A stretch of DNA of 64,000 bases from Eledone cirrhosa. Its lineage: Eukaryota. Shown piece after piece: positions 26,698-50,656 of the stretch (position 1 is the stretch's first letter; every line of letters starts with the position of its first letter). The notes under the pieces are model-generated. The model worked only from the letters and a program-made list of their open reading frames with translations, searched no databases and had not been told where the DNA came from. Made by a program: the position numbers and the translations under genes. Location of the stretch: positions 189,224,001-189,288,000 of the forward strand of contig OZ024743.1 in assembly GCA_964016885.1 (NCBI GenBank), read 5' to 3'.

Positions 26698-28438
26698 TAC
26701 ATATATACATATACATATATAATATATGTACACACACATGTATATGAACACGCAATTAGATTATTTATAGCCTGAAATATCCATGATTGCTGATATTTTA
26801 AAAGTTGAATGTGTTTATTGTTTTGTGTGGGCCTTGACTTAAAATTGTCTTGTTTGATCTATTCTCTTTTCTGTACAATATAATTGAAATTCCTCTCTCT
26901 TCTAAGATTTCCTGCTTCTCTTACAATCTGTTATAATCCCACCCAACCAATTCCCATCTTCTTTGTTTCTGTTCTTCTTCATGTTTTCCTCTTCCAATCT
27001 GAATCTGAAAATATCAAGAGATATATTCACTTTAGCTCCATAAATTATGTTCAGTTTCTTTTCAGTGAGAAAAAGAAAAAAAACCCCAAGAAACTGCTTT
27101 CAAATATCTTGAACCAAGATTTATTGATATTAACGTTTAGCAGTCTATATATAGAAAAAAAATTTATGGAGTCAGAAAACAAGAGTATATTTTTCTTGTT
27201 TTAACTTTTTAAAATATATTATTCCAGTTTATTCATGTTCTGTTTTATATTCACATCTTAATAATATTTATGATTTTATTCAATAACATAAAGCATACTA
27301 TAATACCCAGGCGGGTTCAACTTGTGAATTGAATTAATTTCCTTTCACTTACATTGCTAATACTGTTTGAAAAAACATGAATGTCAAAATTTCCAATTTT
27401 TCCTATTAAAATGTGAGTACTTTTTATCTATTAAAACAAATAAGCAGTGTTCCATTATCAAAGTTTTTGGTTTTGTTAACGCCACATTCCAAGAAATGGG
27501 AAAAACATATCATAAGTGCAAAGTGTCATGCAATCAAAGAAAAGTAAATTTAACAAGAAATAATTCCAACAAGAATCAAAATGGTATTGAAGAGACAGAC
27601 TCCTATGTGTTTAGTAACATTCTACAAATTATGTAGTTTATACTATATCTTTGCTACTGATAATAAAACTATGAGCAGGTTGGCTTGACTGAAAAGAAAG
27701 TTGCTATTTTTTGATGTTAGATGATACTCTTTTAGTGAGGCCTTAACGTCGAGATCATATTGACCTTAGTAAATATTTGGACATAAACAGGTATAAAAAC
27801 AGACACAGACACAGACAAAGAGACACGCACTTATTACAAGACGCCAACATCAGCTTCTCCACACACTGGGATATTGTCGGTAGGACTGCACCCTACAACT
27901 TCAGGAGGAAATGCCAGCTCTGCCTCATGGAGTTGTACTACATCATAAGAACACCCCCACGAACTCATAAACAGCCGAGCAGAATCAGTCATAAATTGTA
28001 GACACCGGGTGCAGGTGTCGTATTTTGCCTTGGAAGCGACTGCGATATGAAAACTATGAACTGGGTCCCCCTGCCCTAACCATAACATCTCGGTGGGCAG
28101 TCGGTATAAACAAACATCTGTGAATCAAATGTACATCGCAGACCATGCTCGAACAAGCATTAGTGAAGCAACACCCACAAAATAATAAATGTACACTCCA
28201 GACCCGACTTGAACTGGCACTAGTGAAACAACACCAATAATATAAAAATGCAAAACACCATCATATGAACAGGTATAAAAAAACAAATGGGATTAGATTG
28301 TTTGAACACCTGCAAAAATTATTCCCCCTGCTCTGCTATAATAACAGCACATGCATGTAGGAGAAGAATGAACTCTGATGTTAATTTAACCGTGAAACCC
28401 CTCCTGGGTCCTGTATTGATTATTTTTTTGTTTTCCAT

Positions 28439-28478
28439 GCCCTTGATAAGCCCATTCCGGGCGAAACGTACGTAGGCG
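28439..28478 (+). ncRNA. Minimal type I hammerhead-like motif, U3-A8 core variant
   Basis: TTGATAA-GCCC-attcc-GGGC-GAAA-CGTAC-GTA, with palindromic stem III ACGTACGT and a weak stem I. Lies just before a (TA)n run. Confidence 0.55.
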
Positions 28479-28527
28479 AACTGTTATATAAACATGTTCT
28501 AACGGTTTTAAACACCTTGTATTCATT

Positions 28528-28570
<43 letters not shown>

Positions 28571-28789
28571 CAGTGCCCCCTCATTATCGAAAATGGGCGT
28601 TGTATGATATACCATTATCAAAATGTATTAATTAATTCTATCACGCAAGGCCTATGCGTGAATAATTTATTTTAAGTGAGGAAAGACTGTGCACTGAGCC
28701 AATCCCACTCTCTGAGCGACAGTAGCTATAACCCAGAAAGAAGAAAAGATCAATTTCATCGTTAACATGAACAAAAAAAAAAAAAAAAT

Positions 28790-29064
28790 AAATAGACAGA
28801 CTAAATAAAGATGGCGTATGCATACAATACAACGGGAGGAAACATAATAGCACCACTGACGGTGTTGCAGATGTGCAACGAAAGAATTTTGTTAGACTAT
28901 ATATATGTGTTTGTGTCTATATTATAACTGTATTTTTGACCGTTGGTCAGTCAATGGTAACATTGAGGACCGAATAAATTAAATTAACCGATATAAAAGA
29001 CACAGAAGCGAAATCCAACCAAACAGTGAGTGTGTTCTGTTATTAATTGTGGCAATATTATTAC

Positions 29065-29069
<5 letters not shown>
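28790..29069 (+). repeat. PLE 3'-terminal (pLTR-like) segment, copy 1
   Basis: Colinear diverged copy of 37652-37950, which lies downstream of a GIY-YIG ORF. Runs directly into (TA)n. Confidence 0.7.
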
Positions 29070-36652
<7,583 letters not shown>

Positions 36653-36852
36653 NNNNNNNNNNNNNNNNNNNNNNNNNNNNNNNNNNNNNNNNNNNNNNNN
36701 NNNNNNNNNNNNNNNNNNNNNNNNNNNNNNNNNNNNNNNNNNNNNNNNNNNNNNNNNNNNNNNNNNNNNNNNNNNNNNNNNNNNNNNNNNNNNNNNNNNN
36801 NNNNNNNNNNNNNNNNNNNNNNNNNNNNNNNNNNNNNNNNNNNNNNNNNNNN
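36653..36852. other. Assembly gap (200 N)
   Basis: Run of N. Confidence 1.
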
Positions 36853-37950
36853 GCTAGACATAAGATAGGGAAGGCCACATCATGGTACGACAACCAGAGA
36901 TATCAGAGTGTCATGTTTGTGGACGCCACCCCTGGAGGGAAATTAGCTAACCAGTGTAGAAAGGCCCTGAGAAAGACCCACTTAAAAATAAAGGTGGTAG
37001 AAAAGCCAGGAACCACCATAAAATCCCTGATCAGCAAAACCTACCCTTTTAAGAAAACCCACTGTACCAATAGGAAATGTATCATATGTAAGGTGAACCC
37101 CCGGATAAACTGTAAAACTAGAAACGTAGTCTATAGCATAAGATGTACAGAGGGTACTTGTAGAAACACGACAACAACATACATAGGTGAGACAGCTCGT
37201 AGCATAGGTGAAAGGATAGACCAACACTGGGGGGAACTAAAAGGACGAAAAAACGGGTCAGTACTATACGAACATGCTAGACAACATCATGACGGTAACA
37301 TAGACAACATAGAAATTAGAATAATATCTAAACATAGGAATGACCCAGCAGATAGGCAAATCAGAGAGGCCAGTGAAATAGAAATTAGAAGACCAAAGCT
37401 AAACAGAAAGAATGAGTGGAACAACAACAACACCCAAACAAACAACACTGACCTAAGAGAAGTATAAATAAATAAGTAAATTAAATTAAATAAAATAAGA
37501 TAAATAAATACATACACAAGCACATAAACACACACTAGTCACCCAGCAGACACAACACTATACACACTAGTCACACATCACACACGCAAACGCATGCGCA
37601 AAGAAGACAAAATAAAATAAGATAAACAAACAAGCAAACAAATAAATAAATCTTTAGACGGACTGAACAAAAAAAATGGCGTAGACATACAACACAACAG
37701 GAGGAACAATGAATATAACACCACTGACGATGTTGCAGATGTGCAACGAAAGATTTATGTAAACTATATATATATGTGTTTGTCTATATTGTATCTGTAT
37801 TATTTTATTTTTGACCACCGGTCAGTCAATGGCAACATTGAGGACCGAGTAAGTTAGATCGCAGATATATATATATAAAAGACAGCGAGAAGCGAAAACC
37901 AACCAAACAGTGAGTGTGTTCTGTTATTAATTCTGGCAATATTACGCAAA
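36853..37950 (+). mobile_element. Penelope-like element 3' part: Zn-rich linker plus GIY-YIG endonuclease (ORF to 37467) and pLTR-like tail
   Basis: Open frame FVDATPGG...KVVEKPG...CTNRKCIIC...NVVYSIRC...YIGETARSIGERIDQH...LYEH...H...RQIREA..I....PKLNRKNEW. The 5' part is lost in the gap. Confidence 0.9.
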
Positions 37951-38033
37951 TATGACCCTCCCCAAATATAACAATATCTGTTTCGACACACGATTTCATA
38001 TAAAAAAACCTCGCAAAACTAATTCATCGCCGC

Positions 38034-40862
<2,829 letters not shown>

Positions 40863-41049
40863 GATAAATCTACCAAGAGTTTACGGTAGTGTCCAATCCG
40901 TATGAAGAACTCAATGTATTCCGGATATCATGGAAAGAAGAGATGTAATGAAAAATCACTTTCGGTGAAAGATAAACGGTATACAGAGTCAAGATAAAAT
41001 ATTAAACAAATAATGAATAAACAATTCCTTATATTAAACAAAAAAAGTT

Positions 41050-41199
41050 CATTATTTAACGATCGTTTCTAGGATATATATGTGTTAGAATTGGTATGCA
41101 TATTCAACAGATCTATGTACAAAATTATACAAAATTATACAAATTATCAAGATTAAATATACATACCAACACATATATACGCCGTCTTCAGAAATAATG
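41050..41199 (-). ncRNA. Type I hammerhead ribozyme with long stem II
   Basis: Minus strand: CATTATTT-CTGAAGA-[~115 nt, paired TATATATGTGTT/AACACATATATA and TTGGTATG/CATACCAA]-GAAA-CGATC-GTT-AAATAATG. Perfect 8-bp stem I and palindromic stem III AACGATCGTT. Confidence 0.75.
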
Positions 41200-41848
41200 A
41201 AGTATATTTATTGATAATAACAACAATTCAAAATTTCAGGTCCGTTTGGGAACAAAATTGACCAATGAAAACACAAAGGGTTAAATGCAGTTCGGTGTGT
41301 GTATATACATGTAAAACCCTTACACATATTTTACAAAAATGTATGTATAATTTGTATACGCATACTAAAAGGATGGATGCAAATACAAAATTTCAAGGTT
41401 AATGTCTCTGTAAGTTTATAATGCAAATATAAGATACGTATTGACACAAGTATGAAATTAATTATATAAATATATTTTTTCATACTCACACATATCCGTA
41501 CAATCACACATACACGCGCGTATATGCATAAATATACACATAACCACGAACATACAAACACACACACACCCCCACTCACATTTATATATGTGGATATAAA
41601 ATCATAAGCACATGGATATTTATTCACTCACATAAAACACTGGCACACACATTTTTAGATCAAGATACAGAAATTAGGTGGGAGGGGGGGGAGAGGTCAG
41701 TATTCAACGGTCTGAGCAGACTGCCTAATATAGATGTATCTATAAACTAAGAAAATAAAAAAATAAAAAATAATAAATAAACATTAAAGAGGAAAGAATA
41801 GAAAGAAAAAAGAAAAAAAAAGAAAAAAGAAAAAAGAAATATATCAAG

Positions 41849-41894
<46 letters not shown>

Positions 41895-41895
41895 C

Positions 41896-41926
<31 letters not shown>

Positions 41927-42110
41927 TATATATATAATATACATATATATACACATAGACACACACACACACATACATAAATATACACACATATACAAAC
42001 ACATACATACATATACACACATCCACACTAAGAACATACATACACACACATATATAAACATATACACATACACACATACATACATATACACATATACATA
42101 CAAATACACA

Positions 42111-42140
<30 letters not shown>

Positions 42141-42142
<2 letters not shown>

Positions 42143-42203
42143 AATGTAAGTATGCATGTATACGTACATACATATATGTATACAGACGTACAGTAGCATG
42201 CAC

Positions 42204-42235
<32 letters not shown>

Positions 42236-45200
42236 ATATACATATGCATACAGGTACACATACATATATGCACGTATCAGTTTAGCGGCGCTAACGTCGC
42301 TTTGTTCGTTTGTAAACAAACTGAACAGCCTGAATTTATGCCATACGGTGTTAAGGCAACCACGTCACCTTTTTGTTCAACACTGACACAGGAACGATGT
42401 ACTAGTTTCAAGCTTGTTAGCTATCATCAGCACCGTTTACCCATCTGCCAGATAGTTGAACGTTCGAAAGTATATACTTTCCTTATGAAAATTAACGGCT
42501 GAGCAGCCTAATTTGCATATTGAGTGAGTTAAATCGGTTAGGCATACCGAAAACGATAAATTGAAACAAAATGAAAACGAAATTTCATTTCTCACTCTTA
42601 GTATGGCACTTACTTAAATGTAAGTATGCATGTATACGTACATACATATATGTATACAGACGTACAGTAGCATGCACATATACATATATATATATATATA
42701 TATACACATATATATACATATGCATACAGGTACACATACATATATGCACGTATCAGTTTAGCGGCGCTAACGTCGCTTTGTTCGTTTGTAAACAAACTGA
42801 ACAGCCTGAATTTATGCCATACGGTGTTAAGGCAACCACGTCACCTTTTTGTTCAACACTGACACAGGAACGATGTACTAGTTTCAAGCTTGTTAGCTAT
42901 CATCAGCACCGTTTACCCATCTGCCAGATAGTTGAACGTTCGAAAGTATATACTTTCCTTATGAAAATTAACGGCTGAGCAGCCTAATTTGCATATTGAG
43001 TGAGTTAAATCGGTTAGGCATACCGAAAACGATAAATTGAAACAAAATGAAAACGAAATTTCATTTCTCACTCTTAGTATGGCACTTACTTAAATGTAAG
43101 TATGCATGTATACGTACATACATATATGTATACAGACGTACAGTAGCATGCACATATACATATATATATATATATATATACACATATATATACATATGCA
43201 TACAGGTACACATACATATATGCACGTATCAGTTTAGCGGCGCTAACGTCGCTTTGTTCGTTTGTAAACAAACTGAACAGCCTGAATTTATGCCATACGG
43301 TGTTAAGGCAACCACGTCACCTTTTTGTTCAACACTGACACAGGAACGATGTACTAGTTTCAAGCTTGTTAGCTATCATCAGCACCGTTTACCCATCTGC
43401 CAGATAGTTGAACGTTCGAAAGTATATACTTTCCTTATGAAAATTAACGGCTGAGCAGCCTAATTTGCATATTGAGTGAGTTAAATCGGTTAGGCATACC
43501 GAAAACGATAAATTGAAACAAAATGAAAACGAAATTTCATTTCTCACTCTTAGTATGGCACTTACTTAAATGTAAGTATGCATGTATACGTACATACATA
43601 TATGTATACAGACGTACAGTAGCATGCACATATACATATATATATATATATATATACACATATATATACATATGCATACAGGTACACATACATATATGCA
43701 CGTATCAGTTTAGCGGCGCTAACGTCGCTTTGTTCGTTTGTAAACAAACTGAACAGCCTGAATTTATGCCATACGGTGTTAAGGCAACCACGTCACCTTT
43801 TTGTTCAACACTGACACAGGAACGATGTACTAGTTTCAAGCTTGTTAGCTATCATCAGCACCGTTTACCCATCTGCCAGATAGTTGAACGTTCGAAAGTA
43901 TATACTTTCCTTATGAAAATTAACGGCTGAGCAGCCTAATTTGCATATTGAGTGAGTTAAATCGGTTAGGCATACCGAAAACGATAAATTGAAACAAAAT
44001 GAAAACGAAATTTCATTTCTCACTCTTAGTATGGCACTTACTTAAATGTAAGTATGCATGTATACGTACATACATATATGTATACAGACGTACAGTAGCA
44101 TGCACATATACATATATATATATATATATATACACATATATATACATATGCATACAGGTACACATACATATATGCACGTATCAGTTTAGCGGCGCTAACG
44201 TCGCTTTGTTCGTTTGTAAACAAACTGAACAGCCTGAATTTATGCCATACGGTGTTAAGGCAACCACGTCACCTTTTTGTTCAACACTGACACAGGAACG
44301 ATGTACTAGTTTCAAGCTTGTTAGCTATCATCAGCACCGTTTACCCATCTGCCAGATAGTTGAACGTTCGAAAGTATATACTTTCCTTATGAAAATTAAC
44401 GGCTGAGCAGCCTAATTTGCATATTGAGTGAGTTAAATCGGTTAGGCATACCGAAAACGATAAATTGAAACAAAATGAAAACGAAATTTCATTTCTCACT
44501 CTTAGTATGGCACTTACTTAAATGTAAGTATGCATGTATACGTACATACATATATGTATACAGACGTACAGTAGCATGCACATATACATATATATATATA
44601 TATATATACACATATATATACATATGCATACAGGTACACATACATATATGCACGTATCAGTTTAGCGGCGCTAACGTCGCTTTGTTCGTTTGTAAACAAA
44701 CTGAACAGCCTGAATTTATGCCATACGGTGTTAAGGCAACCACGTCACCTTTTTGTTCAACACTGACACAGGAACGATGTACTAGTTTCAAGCTTGTTAG
44801 CTATCATCAGCACCGTTTACCCATCTGCCAGATAGTTGAACGTTCGAAAGTATATACTTTCCTTATGAAAATTAACGGCTGAGCAGCCTAATTTGCATAT
44901 TGAGTGAGTTAAATCGGTTAGGCATACCGAAAACGATAAATTGAAACAAAATGAAAACGAAATTTCATTTCTCACTCTTAGTATGGCACTTACTTAAATG
45001 TAAGTATGCATGTATACGTACATACATATATGTATACAGACGTACAGTAGCATGCACATATACATATATATATATATATATATACACATATATATACATA
45101 TGCATACAGGTACACATACATATATGCACGTATCAGTTTAGCGGCGCTAACGTCGCTTTGTTCGTTTGTAAACAAACTGAACAGCCTGAATTTATGCCAT

Positions 45201-46929
45201 ACGGTGTTAAGGCAACCACGTCACCTTTTTGTTCAACACTGACACAGGAACGATGTACTAGTTTCAAGCTTGTTAGCTATCATCAGCACCGTTTACCCAT
45301 CTGCCAGATAGTTGAACGTTCGAAAGTATATACTTTCCTTATGAACATTAACGGCTGAGCAGCCTAATTTGCATATTGAGTGAGTTAAATCGGTTAGGCA
45401 TACCGAAAACGATAAATTGAAACAAAATGAAAACGAAATTTCATTTCTCACTCTTAGTATGGCACTTACTTAAATGTAAGTATGCATGTATACGTACATA
45501 CATATATGTATACAGACGTACAGTAGCATGCACATATACATATATATATATATATATATACACATATATATACATATGCATACAGGTACACATACATATA
45601 TGCACGTATCAGTTTAGCGGCGCTAACGTCGCTTTGTTCGTTTGTAAACAAACTGAACAGCCTGAATTTATGCCATACGGTGTTAAGGCAACCACGTCAC
45701 CTTTTTGTTCAACACTGACACAGGAACGATGTACTAGTTTCAAGCTTGTTAGCTATCATCAGCACCGTTTACCCATCTGCCAGATAGTTGAACGTTCGAA
45801 AGTATATACTTTCCTTATGAAAATTAACGGCTGAGCAGCCTAATTTGCATATTGAGTGAGTTAAATCGGTTAGGCATACCGAAAACGATAAATTGAAACA
45901 AAATGAAAACGAAATTTCATTTCTCACTCTTAGTATGGCACTTACTTAAATGTAAGTATGCATGTATACGTACATACATATATGTATACAGACGTACAGT
46001 AGCATGCACATATACATATATATATATATATATATACACATATATATACATATGCATACAGGTACACATACATATATGCACGTATCAGTTTAGCGGCGCT
46101 AACGTCGCTTTGTTCGTTTGTAAACAAACTGAACAGCCTGAATTTATGCCATACGGTGTTAAGGCAACCACGTCACCTTTTTGTTCAACACTGACACAGG
46201 AACGATGTACTAGTTTCAAGCTTGTTAGCTATCATCAGCACCGTTTACCCATCTGCCAGATAGTTGAACGTTCGAAAGTATATACTTTCCTTATGAAAAT
46301 TAACGGCTGAGCAGCCTAATTTGCATATTGAGTGAGTTAAATCGGTTAGGCATACCGAAAACGATAAATTGAAACAAAATGAAAACGAAATTTCATTTCT
46401 CACTCTTAGTATGGCACTTACTTAAATGTAAGTATGCATGTATACGTACATACATATATGTATACAGACGTACAGTAGCATGCACATATACATATATATA
46501 TATATATATATACACATATATATACATATGCATACAGGTACACATACATATATGCACGTATCAGTTTAGCGGCGCTAACGTCGCTTTGTTCGTTTGTAAA
46601 CAAACTGAACAGCCTGAATTTATGCCATACGGTGTTAAGGCAACCACGTCACCTTTTTGTTCAACACTGACACAGGAACGATGTACTAGTTTCAAGCTTG
46701 TTAGCTATCATCAGCACCGTTTACCCATCTGCCAGATAGTTGAACGTTCGAAAGTATATACTTTCCTTATGAAAATTAACGGCTGAGCAGCCTAATTTGC
46801 ATATTGAGTGAGTTAAATCGGTTAGGCATACCGAAAACGATAAATTGAAACAAAATGAAAACGAAATTTCATTTCTCACTCTTAGTATGGCACTTACTTA
46901 AATGTAAGTATGCATGTATACGTACATAC
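42141..46929 (-). repeat. Left arm of 476-bp hammerhead tandem array (~10 units, HHR sense on minus)
   Basis: 476-bp period. HHRs start at 42393, 42869, 43345, 43821, 44297, 44773, 45249, 45725, 46201 and 46677. Confidence 0.97.
42393..42437 (-). ncRNA. Type I hammerhead ribozyme (representative of 10 left-arm copies)
   Basis: Minus strand: AACGGTG-CTGATGA-TAGCTaacaAGCTT-GAAA-CTA-GTA-CATCGTT. Confidence 0.9.
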
Positions 46930-47011
46930 TAAGAGTGAGAAATGAAATTTCGTTTTCATTTTGTTTCAATTTATCGTTTTCGGTATGCCTAACCGATTTA
47001 ACTCACTCAAT

Positions 47012-47019
47012 ATGCAAAT
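47012..47019 (+). promoter_or_regulatory. Octamer motif ATGCAAAT (one per array unit)
   Basis: Perfect octamer about 75 nt upstream of the HHR in each unit. Function is inferred only. Confidence 0.4.
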
Positions 47020-47092
47020 TAGGCTGCTCAGCCGTTAATTTTCATAAGGAAAGTATATACTTTCGAACGTTCAACTATCTGGCAGATGGGTA

Positions 47093-47137
47093 AACGGTGC
47101 TGATGATAGCTAACAAGCTTGAAACTAGTACATCGTT
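47093..47137 (+). ncRNA. Type I hammerhead ribozyme (representative of 10 right-arm copies), predicted cleavage GUA| after 47130
   Basis: Stem I AACGGTG/CATCGTT (7 bp, one G-U), core CUGAUGA, stem II AGCU/AGCU with AACA loop, GAAA, palindromic stem III ACUAGU, GUA triplet. Confidence 0.9.
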
Positions 47138-50100
47138 CCTGTGTCAGTGTTGAACAAAAAGGTGACGTGGTTGCCTTAACACCGTATGGCATAAATTCAG
47201 GCTGTTCAGTTTGTTTACAAACGAACAAAGCGACGTTAGCGCCGCTAAACTGATACGTGCATATATGTATGTGTACCTGTATGCATATGTATATATATGT
47301 GTATATATATATATATATATATGTATATGTGCATGCTACTGTACGTCTGTATACATATATGTATGTACGTATACATGCATACTTACATTTAAGTAAGTGC
47401 CATACTAAGAGTGAGAAATGAAATTTCGTTTTCATTTTGTTTCAATTTATCGTTTTCGGTATGCCTAACCGATTTAACTCACTCAATATGCAAATTAGGC
47501 TGCTCAGCCGTTAATTTTCATAAGGAAAGTATATACTTTCGAACGTTCAACTATCTGGCAGATGGGTAAACGGTGCTGATGATAGCTAACAAGCTTGAAA
47601 CTAGTACATCGTTCCTGTGTCAGTGTTGAACAAAAAGGTGACGTGGTTGCCTTAACACCGTATGGCATAAATTCAGGCTGTTCAGTTTGTTTACAAACGA
47701 ACAAAGCGACGTTAGCGCCGCTAAACTGATACGTGCATATATGTATGTGTACCTGTATGCATATGTATATATATGTGTATATATATATATATATATATGT
47801 ATATGTGCATGCTACTGTACGTCTGTATACATATATGTATGTACGTATACATGCATACTTACATTTAAGTAAGTGCCATACTAAGAGTGAGAAATGAAAT
47901 TTCGTTTTCATTTTGTTTCAATTTATCGTTTTCGGTATGCCTAACCGATTTAACTCACTCAATATGCAAATTAGGCTGCTCAGCCGTTAATTTTCATAAG
48001 GAAAGTATATACTTTCGAACGTTCAACTATCTGGCAGATGGGTAAACGGTGCTGATGATAGCTAACAAGCTTGAAACTAGTACATCGTTCCTGTGTCAGT
48101 GTTGAACAAAAAGGTGACGTGGTTGCCTTAACACCGTATGGCATAAATTCAGGCTGTTCAGTTTGTTTACAAACGAACAAAGCGACGTTAGCGCCGCTAA
48201 ACTGATACGTGCATATATGTATGTGTACCTGTATGCATATGTATATATATGTGTATATATATATATATATATATGTATATGTGCATGCTACTGTACGTCT
48301 GTATACATATATGTATGTACGTATACATGCATACTTACATTTAAGTAAGTGCCATACTAAGAGTGAGAAATGAAATTTCGTTTTCATTTTGTTTCAATTT
48401 ATCGTTTTCGGTATGCCTAACCGATTTAACTCACTCAATATGCAAATTAGGCTGCTCAGCCGTTAATTTTCATAAGGAAAGTATATACTTTCGAACGTTC
48501 AACTATCTGGCAGATGGGTAAACGGTGCTGATGATAGCTAACAAGCTTGAAACTAGTACATCGTTCCTGTGTCAGTGTTGAACAAAAAGGTGACGTGGTT
48601 GCCTTAACACCGTATGGCATAAATTCAGGCTGTTCAGTTTGTTTACAAACGAACAAAGCGACGTTAGCGCCGCTAAACTGATACGTGCATATATGTATGT
48701 GTACCTGTATGCATATGTATATATATGTGTATATATATATATATATATATGTATATGTGCATGCTACTGTACGTCTGTATACATATATGTATGTACGTAT
48801 ACATGCATACTTACATTTAAGTAAGTGCCATACTAAGAGTGAGAAATGAAATTTCGTTTTCATTTTGTTTCAATTTATCGTTTTCGGTATGCCTAACCGA
48901 TTTAACTCACTCAATATGCAAATTAGGCTGCTCAGCCGTTAATTTTCATAAGGAAAGTATATACTTTCGAACGTTCAACTATCTGGCAGATGGGTAAACG
49001 GTGCTGATGATAGCTAACAAGCTTGAAACTAGTACATCGTTCCTGTGTCAGTGTTGAACAAAAAGGTGACGTGGTAGCCTTAACACCGTATGGCATAAAT
49101 TCAGGCTGTTCAGTTTGTTTACAAACGAACAAAGCGACGTTAGCGCCGCTAAACTGATACGTGCATATATGTATGTGTACCTGTATGCATATGTATATAT
49201 ATGTGTATATATATATATATATATATGTATATGTGCATGCTACTGTACGTCTGTATACATATATGTATGTACGTATACATGCATACTTACATTTAAGTAA
49301 GTGCCATACTAAGAGTGAGAAATGAAATTTCGTTTTCATTTTGTTTCAATTTATCGTTTTCGGTATGCCTAACCGATTTAACTCACTCAATATGCAAATT
49401 AGGCTGCTCAGCCGTTAATTTTCATAAGGAAAGTATATACTTTCGAACGTTCAACTATCTGGCAGATGGGTAAACGGTGCTGATGATAGCTAACAAGCTT
49501 GAAACTAGTACATCGTTCCTGTGTCAGTGTTGAACAAAAAGGTGACGTGGTTGCCTTAACACCGTATGGCATAAATTCAGGCTGTTCAGTTTGTTTACAA
49601 ACGAACAAAGCGACGTTAGCGCCGCTAAACTGATACGTGCATATATGTATGTGTACCTGTATGCATATGTATATATATGTGTATATATATATATATATAT
49701 ATGTATATGTGCATGCTACTGTACGTCTGTATACATATATGTATGTACGTATACATGCATACTTACATTTAAGTAAGTGCCATACTAAGAGTGAGAAATG
49801 AAATTTCGTTTTCATTTTGTTTCAATTTATCGTTTTCGGTATGCCTAACCGATTTAACTCACTCAATATGCAAATTAGGCTGCTCAGCCGTTAATTTTCA
49901 TAAGGAAAGTATATACTTTCGAACGTTCAACTATCTGGCAGATGGGTAAACGGTGCTGATGATAGCTAACAAGCTTGAAACTAGTACATCGTTCCTGTGT
50001 CAGTGTTGAACAAAAAGGTGACGTGGTTGCCTTAACACCGTATGGCATAAATTCAGGCTGTTCAGTTTGTTTACAAACGAACAAAGCGACGTTAGCGCCG

Positions 50101-50625
50101 CTAAACTGATACGTGCATATATGTATGTGTACCTGTATGCATATGTATATATATGTGTATATATATATATATATATATGTATATGTGCATGCTACTGTAC
50201 GTCTGTATACATATATGTATGTACGTATACATGCATACTTACATTTAAGTAAGTGCCATACTAAGAGTGAGAAATGAAATTTCGTTTTCATTTTGTTTCA
50301 ATTTATCGTTTTCGGTATGCCTAACCGATTTAACTCACTCAATATGCAAATTAGGCTGCTCAGCCGTTAATTTTCATAAGGAAAGTATATACTTTCGAAC
50401 GTTCAACTATCTGGCAGATGGGTAAACGGTGCTGATGATAGCTAACAAGCTTGAAACTAGTACATCGTTCCTGTGTCAGTGTTGAACAAAAAGGTGACGT
50501 GGTTGCCTTAACACCGTATGGCATAAATTCAGGCTGTTCAGTTTGTTTACAAACGAACAAAGCGACGTTAGCGCCGCTAAACTGATACGTGCATATATGT
50601 ATGTGTACCTGTATGCATATGTATA

Positions 50626-50656
<31 letters not shown>

